NCBI RefSeq assembly: GCF_001194135.2
Contig: NC_068988.1
Span: 59,279,459-59,322,960 of the forward strand
Reading direction: 5' to 3'
DNA from: Octopus bimaculoides
Taxonomy: Eukaryota
DNA length: 43,502 nucleotides
A program made the translations under genes and the position numbers. This document shows positions 12,811-25,208 of the stretch, in pieces. Positions within the stretch are counted from its first letter, which is position 1, and every line of letters begins with the position of its first letter. Under the pieces are notes generated by a model. The model ran no database searches and was not told the origin of the DNA. It saw nothing but the letters and a program-made list of their open reading frames with translations.

Positions 12811-13549
12811 ACAGCTTAAACTTGTAAGAAGCACTGAAACTATTAAATCTAACGGCAATATAGCATCTGCATGGTTGTGTTTATGTGTGCGTTTATATGA
12901 GCATTTGTATATGAGCATATTCTGTACACAGAGGTGACAGAGGCTAGTAACTAGAAGCTTTGAAATGGGAAACATTGTAATTGAAGAAATACATGCCATA
13001 AATACTGTTAGCCGAATGGTAGCTTGTCAAGAAATTATTATTTCATTTCAATGTTATATATTACATTTAGTACGGTGTTACAGACCTCCTGAAGGCATAT
13101 AAATTCACGTTGTGATAATATCAATTTTCAAATGTAGTACCAATAGATTGAAAGCAATTTGGAAGAGAGGAATAAGATGATAGGTGAATGAATTTATAGC
13201 AACTATTGATTTAACAAATTTCCCTAGTTTCTTAAAGTGTAACGTGCAAAAATATGTGAAGTTCTGGCAAATTCTGCACTGAATATGATAGGAGAGGGAA
13301 TAGAGATAAGGCATTTTAGAAATTTCATTTTTTTATTTGAACAATAATGGGAAATTTATGATTCAATGAACAATAAGTTAGTAATTACGTACTCATTAGT
13401 GTGTAATAACTTATTTTCGAGTTTCAGTTAACAATGCAAGCATATATATATATATATATATAATAGTTACCTACATTGATAATTGTACTGATGAATATAT
13501 TGACTATGTACGTTTATATATTTGTATCTTTATTTTGCATTGCCAGTCA

Positions 13550-13715
13550 CTGCTCGAAATGAGGAGTAGATAGACAGCCGACAACTGCTGGAAAGTCCTT
13601 CTTTGTGTTACTGGTCCTGTTTCCCTCTCTGCGTATTGAACTTATTTGTTTCCATATTTCATGTTGTTTACTGCTTGTTGGTGATGTCCTGTACCTATAT
13701 ATGCATGTATATGTA
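13550..13715 (+). repeat. Dispersed repeat related to 31531-31700 (possibly a PLE terminal repeat)
   Basis: The two loci share colinear blocks ctg.tg.a.g, tttRtgt, ttgttt.ccat.ttt and gaYgtc.tgtacc..tatg.at.tatatgta. Confidence 0.4.
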
Positions 13716-13934
13716 AGATCCAAGGATAGAGTTGTAAGAAGAAAGTTATCTTCAAGATAACCATACAAAATATAAAGAAAACACAACATTCAGGAATAGT
13801 GGTTTATTAAGGCGGAAAGTAGTGGATTTTCTCCGTATGGAAGTATATTAAGCTGAAAAATGTTTTATATTCCACGGTAGGTAGGCAGGGTTGCCAGGTA
13901 TGCGAATAAAGTACAAGAGATAAGAAATGGAGTA

Positions 13935-14800
13935 GATGATATCCGGGTTACGTACGTTTCATAGTGAGCGGAAGCTCGGAAGTGGTAAATATCCGAGCGA
14001 AGTGTTAAACGCAGGCAACTCTTCAGGCCAAGGTTGTCTTGATTAAATGAAGTTTATATTGTCGTAAGGTGGTACATGTCAACACACTGACAATTCGATC
14101 AGAATATTTAAGGAGCATAGCTAGAGTGTAGAATATACATTGGGAAGAGAAAATTAGGAATGTAAGAAGGAAAGGAATATAGAAAAGAGAAAAAGGATAA
14201 ACAAACAAGTGTGTGGGGGAAGGTCATTTCGCAGGTGGCTTTCAATAGGGCCATTTTGGCCGAGTCATAGAGATATACAAAGGGAATGGGGTATGTAAGG
14301 ATAAGGTGGAAGGAAGAAGGGGTGGGAATAAGTATTTATGGTCAAGAGTAGGAAAAATAGGTTGAAGTAGTAAAATTTGAAAGTCTAAAGGAAATGAGGA
14401 AGAATACTACAAATAGTAAGCAAATATAAAGATAGATATTAAAAAAAATAAGGGGGAATATTGATAATGGTGGTTTAATATTTAGTCGTATGAGATTAAA
14501 TAAGGAAAAAATGTCTATGATGGCAGAGGGAAGTTTAGGGAATGATGCGGAGGAGGAAGGGTGTTGGTGTTTGTATTTTGAAAATAGGTTACGTAATTGA
14601 TGTTTGCATGCGAAAATTATACTGAACCCTTCATTAAAGCAATCAGTGGATTGCATATAATAGATAAGATATCGGCTATGGAGAGATCGCACTTGTTATT
14701 ATAGCCGGTGTATGGTTTAGCGTGGGTGACTATGGACCATTTAAGACAAGGAATTGATTCGCTCTTGATGTTCTGCTTGCTATGAAACATCTGTAGCCTG
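13935..14800 (-). mobile_element. 3' relic of a Penelope-like element (GIY-YIG C-terminus plus hammerhead-bearing terminal region)
   Basis: Minus strand LKWSIVTHAKPYTGYNNKCDL followed by CFNEGFSIIFACKHQLRNLFSKYK (about 14750-14570) resembles the PLE endonuclease tail KWSI...Y......C.LC...LNKR.E....C.H. A hammerhead motif lies about 550 nt downstream. Confidence 0.65.
13939..14040 (-). ncRNA. Degenerate Penelope-associated hammerhead motif with extended stem II
   Basis: Minus strand: CUGAAGA (14026-14020), about 59 nt containing the hairpin GCUCGGA/UCCGAGC, then GAAA CGUACG UA (13960-13949). Stem I pairs only partly (GACAACC vs GGAUAUC). Confidence 0.55.
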
Positions 14801-15364
14801 AATATTATCTACTACATACCTTAACTCTCTCTCTCTCTCCCNNNNNNNNNNNNNNNNNNNNNNNNNNNNNNNNNNNNNNNNNNNNNNNNNNNNNNNNNNN
14901 NNNNNNNNNNNNNNNNNNNNNNNNNNNNNNNNNNNNNNNNNNNNNNNNNNNNNNNNNNNNNNNNNNNNNNNNNNNNNNNNNNNNNNNNNNNNNNNNNNNN
15001 NNNNNNNNNNNNNNNNNNNNNNNNNNNNNNNNNNNNNNNNNNNNNNNNNNNNNNNNNNNNNNNNNNNNNNNNNNNNNNNNNNNNNNNNNNNNNNNNNNNN
15101 NNNNNNNNNNNNNNNNNNNNNNNNNNNNNNNNNNNNNNNNNNNNNNNNNNNNNNNNNNNNNNNNNNNNNNNNNNNNNNNNNNNNNNNNNNNNNNNNNNNN
15201 NNNNNNNNNNNNNNNNNNNNNNNNNNNNNNNNNNNNNNNNNNNNNNNNNNNNNNNNNNNNNNNNNNNNNNNNNNNNNNNNNNNNNNNNNNNNNNNNNNNN
15301 NNNNNNNNNNNNNNNNNNNNNNNNNNNNNNNNNNNNNNNNNNNNNNNNNNNNNNNNNNNNNNNN

Positions 15365-15398
<34 letters not shown>

Positions 15399-16645
15399 GC
15401 CTCTCCATTTATTCTCAGTAGTTTAATTTCATGTTTTAAATGCTTCACCTAGTCTCCCATATTTCTTTGACGATGAATTCCTCTTAGTAGATGCATTTCA
15501 ATTCTTCTTTCAAATAATGTTCCTTCTTTTGAATGTGCTAACCTTAAATTAGCTATTATTTATACAGTGATGGTTATGGAATTACAAATAATATCTGTAT
15601 GCATATAACTGAAGAGATTGGCGGGGTGCATAATTTTGAAAATTTGGTGTAGTTCATTAACTCCAAAGTATCCAAGTAATTATCAAAATCAAAAGATTAT
15701 CATCGACCTATAGGGCATTACTTGATCCATTACGCATGATGTGATTCACATAATAACTAGTTATAATATGAACAGTGTTAAGATTTAGAAATAATGATAA
15801 TATTTATGTAATCAGGGAAATCTAAGCAATTCTACGCTTACATTATCTGTGGTTTCAACACCTGAATTTCTGTCAAACAAGCATAAGTGTTTGATCAAAT
15901 TGATAATTAACGTTATGAAATGGTTAATACTATATTCTAATAGCCTAAATGTTATTGAAATATATGTGTGTGTGTGTATGTGTGTGTATGTGTGTGTATT
16001 TATGTGTGTGCAACTATCTGCATAAAGAAATATTGTGTGCTATATCGTGTGTATGAAAGTATAATCATTTGTAATTTGTTTATGGATGCTTATATAAGTA
16101 ACATGTCATAAGTGTATACATACCTCGGTAAGATGAATTCGAACATCCCTAATATGAAGAGGGCATTTAACGAGTCACTGGAAAATGGATATTTTAATTT
16201 TCTAGAACGTTCAAAGGTTTGCTGAATTAGTCACTATCTCTCCATATATAAGTATATATGTGTGTGTATGAGTGTGCGAGTATATTTGTGCGTGTTTGTT
16301 TCTTTTTATGTTTGTTTCTGTGCATATGGGTGTGTGCAAGCGTGTATACGCTCGAGTGCTCAAGAGTGTACATTCCTTGGCTAAAATACTGAGGAGTGAT
16401 AGGTATAGAAGTAGTACCTGTGTATTTATATGGAACTAAAATTTATGCTTTGTCTTAACAATTTCGTGTAACCGAAACCTCGGTGATAGGAATGTCCTGA
16501 AACTTTGAGAGCTGAACGTTTTGAAAAAGACTGATTATGGGTCTTATAATAACATCCTTTATTAGTTGATATCTGGTCTTTCTTACCGCAAAAGCTTTTG
16601 ACAATTATGAGTTATGGTAAGACTGGTTATGTGGATGAGTGTTAG

Positions 16646-16678
<33 letters not shown>

Positions 16679-17289
16679 NNNNNNNNNNNNNNNNNNNNNN
16701 NNNNNNNNNNNNNNNNNNNNNNNNNNNNNNNNNNNNNNNNNNNNNNNNNNNNNNNNNNNNNNNNNNNNNNNNNNNNNNNNNNNNNNNNNNNNNNNNNNNN
16801 NNNNNNNNNNNNNNNNNNNNNNNNNNNNNNNNNNNNNNNNNNNNNNNNNNNNNNNNNNNNNNNNNNNNNNNNNNNNNNNNNNNNNNNNNNNNNNNNNNNN
16901 NNNNNNNNNNNNNNNNNNNNNNNNNNNNNNNNNNNNNNNNNNNNNNNNNNNNNNNNNNNNNNNNNNNNNNNNNNNNNNNNNNNNNNNNNNNNNNNNNNNN
17001 NNNNNNNNNNNNNNNNNNNNNNNNNNNNNNNNNNNNNNNNNNNNNNNNNNNNNNNNNNNNNNNNNNNNNNNNNNNNNNNNNNNNNNNNNNNNNNNNNNNN
17101 NNNNNNNNNNNNNNNNNNNNNNNNNNNNNNNNNNNNNNNNNNNNNNNNNNNNNNNNNNNNNNNGACCTTGGTGAGAGAGAAAAACCTGGCAAATCTTATA
17201 TCTTCTTTTCCAGTGGCATTCTTCACTGATATTGAAAAGGTGAAAACAAGCAATGTTAATTCTCTAAATGAAGTATTAACAGTAACTGC

Positions 17290-17430
17290 ACGATAAAGTG
17301 TAGTATATTGCCACTTAAGTGTGGCTGACCCCTAGGGGTGGATGTTACTGTTGCTTTTAGCCCCAGGAGGACATCTCCTCCAGCTGGCTTATCGACACAC
17401 GACTGTGTCCTGTTTGCCAAGGGAGTTATC
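17290..17430 (-). repeat. Diverged copy of the repeat family at 3100-3240, opposite orientation
   Basis: Colinear blocks by eye with the reverse complement of 3100-3240: cttaa..., tactg(c/t)t..tttagccc.agga.g, gacac..., gt.tcc..tgtttgc.a.gg.gag. Confidence 0.5.
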
Positions 17431-18084
17431 CCTCTCACCACACATACATATATATACATGCACGCACATATACACACACAGATATGCGGGACGATACACG
17501 CGAACGCACATAAAAACATACACACACACACATATACGTGTGTGTGTATATGTGTATGTGTGTGCGATTGTGCATCTACATAACAAGAAAGATAGAAAAG
17601 AAGGATAATGGAAAATTGATATTTGTATCTAACTCGTAAATTTAAGGTCTGAATGTTGTCATCTATTTGCCTTTGGAAAGACATTTCCTACATTAAGTAT
17701 GAATGTCTTTCGTTATTTAGACGTGTATTGACTCGCATAATTCTCATATCTGACAGTTGCTGTAAATAGAAAACATGATTAAAGAACAACATATTCTCTC
17801 GTTACGTGGCCAGAATTCTGATTTTTGATATAAGGGCATGGCCAAGCATTTTTGGAATATTCAACGTTCAGGAAACTGGTATTTGGTGATGTCTACTATG
17901 GTTAATATTCGTGACATATCTGATATGCTATTAATCTAGCATTGGAATAGCGAATATGTAATCGACTCTGGATTACAAAATTGGATTCGTAAGACTTAAT
18001 TCAAGACAAATACAGAGATAGTGTTATAGAGAACATGTTAAGTTGAATCAAAACAACAGAAAACATAGAGTAAAGGTAGAAATA

Positions 18085-18209
18085 ATTTCATATACGATCC
18101 AATCATAGAATTCAGATCAAATTTTGCCTGGGTCGATAAGATATGTAATAGTTGAACATTAGCACCTCCCCTGAAATTACTGGTCTTGTGCCAGAATTTG
18201 AATCCACTT

Positions 18210-18212
<3 letters not shown>
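18085..18212 (+). mobile_element. Partial SINE whose 3' end runs into a compound microsatellite
   Basis: gggtcgataa...cctcccctgaaattactggtcttgtgccagaatttgaatcc matches the 3' block of the 8739-8958 family. Confidence 0.55.
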
Positions 18213-18380
<168 letters not shown>

Positions 18381-18714
18381 GCACGACATGGTGATCTCAC
18401 ATCGAGATAGACAGCGCATGACCGTGCAGGTGAGTCCAAGTTCGAATTTTCTTCAGGTCGAGTAGTCCATTCCACACAAAAGGTCCCTGAATGCGGGTTG
18501 TTTGATTATGTTAAACAAAACACCTATGTTTCTAATGGTGAATTCCTCTCAGTACATGGCTATGATGCTTCCTCACTACTTCTGCTCGTTATAAGACATG
18601 CACATATCGTCAGCCACTAAGGGACATGCTCAACTGGTTAAGGTCAAACAACTGACAAGCAAATTTGTGGTATTAAACAGAATATTTGCTGTAGCGCATC
18701 TTTTATACCAAGAC
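18381..18714 (-). mobile_element. Partial copy A of a (TAA)n-associated non-autonomous retroelement
   Basis: Colinear and highly similar to 18847-19225 (gcacgacatggtgatctca...cagccactaagggacatgctcaactggttaaggtca...ttttataccaag). It is flanked by (ATT)n on both sides. Confidence 0.7.
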
Positions 18715-18733
18715 ATTACAATTATTATTATTA

Positions 18734-19260
18734 TCGAGTGAGAGAGCAGTGCATGTCATCAAAGTGACACTGCGGTAAAATATACGAAGCCCATTATACC
18801 CATCATGACTACCGGTCGGATAAGGCTACACCAAGCACATGCATCACAACCATATGAGCACGACATGGTGATCTCATATCAAAATATACAGCGCATGATC
18901 TCGCAGGTGGAGCCCCAGTTAGAATTGTCTTCAGGTCGAGTAGCCCATCCGGCTCAAAAGGTCCCTGAATAAGATTTGTTTAAGGATGTTGAGCAAAATA
19001 CCCATGTTTCCAAATGAGATACGAACCATCTGTTTCCAGCGATGAATTTTTCAAACCCCAAAGAATTCCTCTCAACACATGGCTATGATGCTCCCCGATT
19101 ACTTCTACTCGTGATCAGAGATGCACATATCATCAGCCACTAAGGGACATGCTCAACTGGTTAAGGTCAGACAACTGACAAGCAAATCTGTGGTATTAAG
19201 CAGAATATTTGGTGTAACCCATCTTTTATACCAAGGTAAATCAACGTACATGATAACACG
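18734..19260 (-). mobile_element. Copy B of the same element, with intact 3' end and (TAA)n tail
   Basis: The minus strand ends ...gatgacatgcactgctctctcactcg-ATAATAATAAT. It is a tandem partner of copy A. Confidence 0.7.
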
Positions 19261-19295
19261 TTGATGGCATGCACTGCTCTCCCACATAATAAGAA

Positions 19296-19384
<89 letters not shown>

Positions 19385-19386
19385 AC

Positions 19387-19428
<42 letters not shown>
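19296..19428. repeat. Compound (TAC)11(TAG)18(TAA)n microsatellite
   Basis: Direct reading. Confidence 0.97.
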
Positions 19429-19429
<1 letters not shown>

Positions 19430-19728
19430 GACCTGGAAATAGAGATAACTCGAATGTGGAATCTAAAAACAGAAACAATTCCTATCGTAGTAGGTGCCTT
19501 AGGTATAATAAAAAAAATATTCAGACAAATACATAACAAAAATAGCAGGACTTACAAATATATATAACATACAGAAAATTGCACTACTGGGTACTGCACA
19601 CATCCTACGCAAAACACTTTCAATACAGTAAACATAAGAGCACCACAGCAAACCACAGCACATACCCAAGGCGCACAGAGCTGCGCTCGGTAGTGAAGTG
19701 AAAGCACGTTATAAAAATAAAACTACTG
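19429..19728 (+). mobile_element. 5'-truncated R4/Dong-like (RLE endonuclease) non-LTR retrotransposon inserted in (TAA)n
   Basis: DLEIEITRMWNLKTETIPIVVGALGIIKK/YSDKYITKIAGLTNIYNIQKIALLGTAHILRKTLSIQ* is followed by a 3'UTR and a (TAA)n tail. (TAA)n also lies upstream. Confidence 0.85.
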
Positions 19729-20577
19729 AATAATAATAATAATAACAATAATAGTCACATGCACATTTTGCTGGATGAATAAAGGTAATGGGATTTGGAT
19801 TCAATGAATATAAGGATATAGGAAGTGGTAACCCAATACAAGGGCTTCTCGTATACCTTTGACAAAAAGATGTTGACGGTCACAAGTACTGTAGTCAGAA
19901 TGTGAGGAATCGTAACTAAGGGACCGAGATGTAATACTTCTACTTTTAGTGTTTCTTAATATCACCTGCCATTGTGTTCAATAGTAACATGAAATTGAAT
20001 AAATGCCAGCAGTTCGGCTTTTAAACCATTGCTTCCGCAGTCGAATATACATTTTTAGTACTTCCAACACTATTAATAATGAACAATATAGAATCGGTAT
20101 TAGATTATCGGAGACATTACGAGACAATAAAGAAGTATTTCTACTATTTAGAGAAATAGATTATACCAATAAGACATAACCTCTCATCAAAATAGTAATT
20201 AGCTTTAAGATAACGACCGAAGAGCGTGGAAAATAAGAAAAATAATAAGCCTATGTGATAGATAATTTACATTGGTTCTAAATTCATACACATAATATGT
20301 GTGTTCATGCAAGTACATATATCATACATATTCACATACACATGCGTGCACGCACACACAAGCATATGTTGCGGCAAATCGTCTCTGGCTTTACATCGAC
20401 GAGTGAAATATGTTTCACAATAACTCTGGCAATCTGAGTAAAATTTATACCAGTTCCACATAAAAATTTAGTCTTTCGGTGTCTCTAAAAATGTAACAAT
20501 GCAGGAGTATGGAACGACAGAGTGTTAGTGTTAGGACTTGAATGAAATAGATTTCGAGTATTGTTTCGGATTGTGAT

Positions 20578-20634
20578 TTCTTGGCTAAACATGTATATAC
20601 AGTAATCTCACATATATATATTTCTTGGCTTAGC

Positions 20635-20682
<48 letters not shown>

Positions 20683-20724
20683 TTCTTGGCTAAACATGTA
20701 TAACATGTATATACAGTAATCTCA
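20578..20724. repeat. Local tandem duplication around a (TA)n tract
   Basis: tttcttggctaaacatgtata...tacagtaatctca occurs at about 20578-20611 and again at about 20682-20724, with a partial third copy at about 20621-20645. Confidence 0.8.
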
Positions 20725-21786
20725 TGGCATCCGCATTCGATACATCAAATAGAGAAAATTATTTTGTAGTTGTTTTATATGAACAGCATCCAATTTCTTA
20801 GCAAAATCCATACCTTAAAAATTCAATGGAATAATTTGCATACAGGCAAATCATATTCTGAAAATCATAATGAATATCAACAATAACGTATCCGACGGTA
20901 CATACTATAAATGGCATTGTCTTAGTAACTGAAGAAATGTTGGAAGTAAAACATGTCAATCCAACAATTACATCAGGTTTTTTGGTATAACCGACGCAGT
21001 GGTAGAAATTTTGTCAGAGTTAGTTTCAGTAACGTTCAAGGCTTTAAAAAATATTGTAAATAGTGATACATATTTCTACGTAACGACAACGGTCTACATC
21101 CCTGCTCACTTCCACCGGGGCAGAGATGGCTAACTTGAATTTCGAACCCCAACGAGTTTCTCTCACCATTATTTTCCGATTTTTTCGCCGAAACCATGAC
21201 ACAGACAAACACGTCTTTTTAGTTAGAACTGTTGCAACTATTACAAGTGAAACAGAAATGAAAAGAACAAAAACAAAAACAAAGAAATGTAACTTGTACT
21301 TAAGGACAGCCTCTAGACCGGTGTAAATCATAGAATAATCTGGCTTTTTCTTTGCGAATTACGAAGCGTTTCCGCTGGAATTTTGTTTTCTTTCCCCAAT
21401 TAAGAGAAAATCAATTAATCAATTCAGAGAAAATCAGTTAATCAATTTAAAGGATCATATCAGCATACATAACCAATTAACTGACGTTATTATATTCTTT
21501 AAATTGGTAGAATTTTTGTTTATTTAAATCGGTTCTTAGTGTTAGCAACGTTGTAATATAAATGATATCATATTCAGGCTTTACTATGGTGATGTACTTA
21601 GAAATCGCCTTGTGGCTTGTAGAAATAGTCATAGAAAAGGAACGAAAGAGGAGTAGAAATACTGGTGGATTGGCTATAAAACACTTTTCAGGTTCTATCG
21701 CCGTTACAAGAATTTGAAACCACACTTACAAGGAAAAAGAACACTGAGTTCCTAAAAGCAGTCCCTAAGAATAAAAAAATATTGAG

Positions 21787-21825
<39 letters not shown>

Positions 21826-21955
21826 GAGGAGGTAGAGTGAATAAAAGTAACTGATTGTTAAATAAAATAATTAAAAGGAGAGATGTTCTATAGTGAAAGC
21901 TTACACCCCACCCGGTAATGAATCGTTCCTACCACTTTTTACCGGGGGGGGGGGG

Positions 21956-22109
21956 TGTACAGTCAATATAAATAGACCAGAAGGTCGGGAAGGTTTAGAG
22001 TACGTGTAAACTGTGCTGAGAGTCGTGTCTGTGCTGATAAAGTAATTATACTGTGATACTGTGTGGTAGGTATAACAGTACAACCATCTGAGGATAGTAA
22101 TACTGTACA
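21956..22109 (+). mobile_element. Candidate short LTR (154 bp)
   Basis: TG...CA ends with an 8-bp terminal inverted repeat TGTACAGT/ACTGTACA. A G12 PPT-like tract lies immediately upstream and TATAAATA is near the start. Confidence 0.3.
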
Positions 22110-24934
22110 ACTAGGCGGGGGGTACAGTGCCAGAGACACAATCATTCTATCGACGACTTCGGAATATAACAAAATCTGTCGGAGCGACAACCGTCGTCAC
22201 AAGACAGATGCATCTGTCGCAAAAGACCGCTTTACAACATTAAGATAGATTTATGAAAAACAATTTCTTAATATAAATCTAATCTTATCCGCTGCAAAGC
22301 CAGCTACAAAACTTAGGAACATTTTACTATTCCACAGTTAAGTAAATTTATCTCTTGAAAAACACAAATATTGCATTATTAGTGCAACAAATACAGAACT
22401 ATGATAAGGGTTTATATATAAGTAGTGACAAATTTCTATGCAACACTCCTAGTTTTTCTATTTCTGTCTTTCTATTTCTCTCTTTCTTTTTCTCACTTTC
22501 TCTGCTTCCCTCTCTCTCACTCTCTCTTAATTATGTTACAATGTGTGTGTGTGTGTGTGTGTGTGAGTACGTGTATGTTTGGATTAAGAGAGGGTACGTG
22601 TATGTATGGATATTGAGGAATGATACATTCGTCCATACCGGTAGAAACATTCATGCATATATGTACCAACATATGTATATACACATATATTTTTAAATCG
22701 TTTGTAAAAATAATTTCAAATTTACGTAAAATTTTATATTGAAGTGATATTTGTTTATGAAAATGCCAGTTATCATGTTTGGAAATGAGTATTTATATAA
22801 AATAATATATGTGAAGTTATACGATTGATTTGACTGATATCTCACAATATAATTTCCCGAATATGCCATTTAGACCTTAACTAAATACAAAATGAATTAT
22901 ATATGTATATTTGTATATGCTATTATATCATATGTTGTACTACTTCGTTTGGGATGTAATCTGCACTCTTCCATTGACGCAAAAAGTATTATATTAAGGA
23001 AGATTTAGTAAATTTATTTAAAAACATACATAACCTTACATTCGCCGTAGTTGTTATTAGCAATGTTCACCATGAAGTGCTCACATGTTTCGAGAGCTCC
23101 TTTGCCTTGGTCACTGACCCAGAATCTCTGCAGCCCAAATAGTACACGCCTAGACATATTTATAATATTTAATCTACACAGTAATAAAATTCTAAAATTC
23201 TTGCAGCTATAATCATTCTACAATCAAAATAAGTCATATAGAATTAAAACCATATAATACCTTTACTGTTAAAATTTGCATCGATATTATAGAATAAAGA
23301 TTGTTATTCATGACACAATTCAGTACGTTTTCACTTTCATTATCATTTAAATAGCATATTTTCGGAATGCTTGTCACATGAATCATTTTACTTGATATAG
23401 GTATTTTATATAAATACTTAATTTCTAATAATATGATGACTGATATTTTCATAAATAAATATCACGTGAGTTTTATAGAATTTTATGTCGATTTACATTT
23501 CTATACAAATTATTTAAAAATATTTCTGTATTTCTTTATTTTACTGCATAAAATAAATTAATTATATTATGAAATGAAACTCAAATCTATATATATATAT
23601 ATATATATCTATGAATGAATGCTTATATCTAAACTTTATGTGCTGGTATTCATGTTTGAACGTACGTATTTCGTGTATTGTGTATAATGCTTATTTTATA
23701 AATAAATTTCCTTAAAAGTACAATCAACATTAATTAAAGGTTCACACAGAGAGCATCATATTTGTTTTATAACTGGAAGACGGGGAAAAATTAATTCGAT
23801 GTATCTACACACTCATTTTCTTCGTTGTTTTACGAAGACAAAACCATGTCTTATTAAGCTTCAAATTTAAAATTTGTGTGTTATTATTTATATTCAGTAT
23901 GCAGACACGTAAACACACACACACATGTAAACACATGTACCTGTATATATACATACCATAATGTGCATACATACATACCTACATACATACATACATACAT
24001 AGGAATGCTCCTTCCAAATTAGTTTTTGGAGGTATTTGATTTGTCTTGGTGATAATACGAACTCTTAAACCTATGAATTCGTCTGTCATTGAAAGTAATA
24101 AGTGTAGATTGCAGCATGTCGCCAGCGTGTAAAATAAAATAAAAATTAAAAAAATTAAAAAAACGACATTCTTTTTTTTCTCTTTCCGGAATATACAATG
24201 AAGTGACGTGTGCCATCTGCTCTCATCAAACATTTATAAATTACATAAAACCAAATAACGCCATTTGCATTATTGTTATATGTCATGCTATGATATTGAT
24301 TCGGGTAGCATTATGGACTCATGAACACTATTATGAAAATGATAAACTTTGCGCCACTAGCTTTCAAACGAAGATTTTCACGGAGATCAGGAATAATATT
24401 TCATAAAATGTTTCATATTGTTGTTCATAGCTCATTGAACATTCTCGACAATCGTTTCATTGGATAATATCAATATAATAAATCCACTATCTAGTGTATT
24501 GCTATTACACCATTAGCATATTTCCACTTTAGTTAGGGTAAACAAGGTAGAGATAACACTGGTTCATGCAAAAGAATCCTTTCCATTATACGTAGTTTCG
24601 AGTTCAGTCGCACTCAGTCTTACGTTAAATGGGTGACTTTTACGATATTGTCTTCTGGATGAAGCAAATGTTGCATTTGAACGTTGAGAAAAACTGTATA
24701 AAATTGCTACAGTGACCTATGCTATTCTCAAGTAATATACTTAATCTCTTCGTTTCTTTACGACAAAAAGCAAACTGGTGTGTCATATTATATTGGCCAA
24801 ATCTACTACAATCAATAGGGGCGAGTATTAGGTCCCAATAAATTTTATCTTTTCCTCCGAAACAATCACAGTCGCAATATAAAAAATGACAGACGATGTC
24901 TGCCTGTCTGTCTGCGTGTATCTATTTTAGCATA

Positions 24935-25141
24935 AACGGGATTGTGCTGAAAAGTTCCTGGTTTTGAGGTGGTCGTAAAAGCCTTGGCAGTAAGTCCAAA
25001 AATACGCGATCTTTTGTAGGGCTTCGAAAAGAAGTTTGTGAATCGAAGTGGAGTAGAGGAATATGTTGAATAAAATCATAACTAATTGATCCCCTTCAAT
25101 TTTTTTCCAAACGACGTAAAGAACTATTGAGTACCCCAAAG
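24935..25141 (+). mobile_element. Mariner-derived deletion derivative (MITE-like)
   Basis: Decayed TIRs (gtgctgaaaagttc vs reverse complement gtactcaatagttc, 11/14) with TA flanks. The internal mariner C-terminus remnant reads ...EEYVE*. Confidence 0.5.
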
Positions 25142-25208
25142 TATATGTATATTTAAGCATATGTTTATGCTTATCTCTTTATATGTATATATATATATAA
25201 TTTTTAAT

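Noticed and set aside
23080-23125. Minus-strand CTCTC-GAAA-CATG-TG, hammerhead-like 3' half
   Set aside because: There is no CUGANGA core, stem II is poor and there is a G at the cleavage position.
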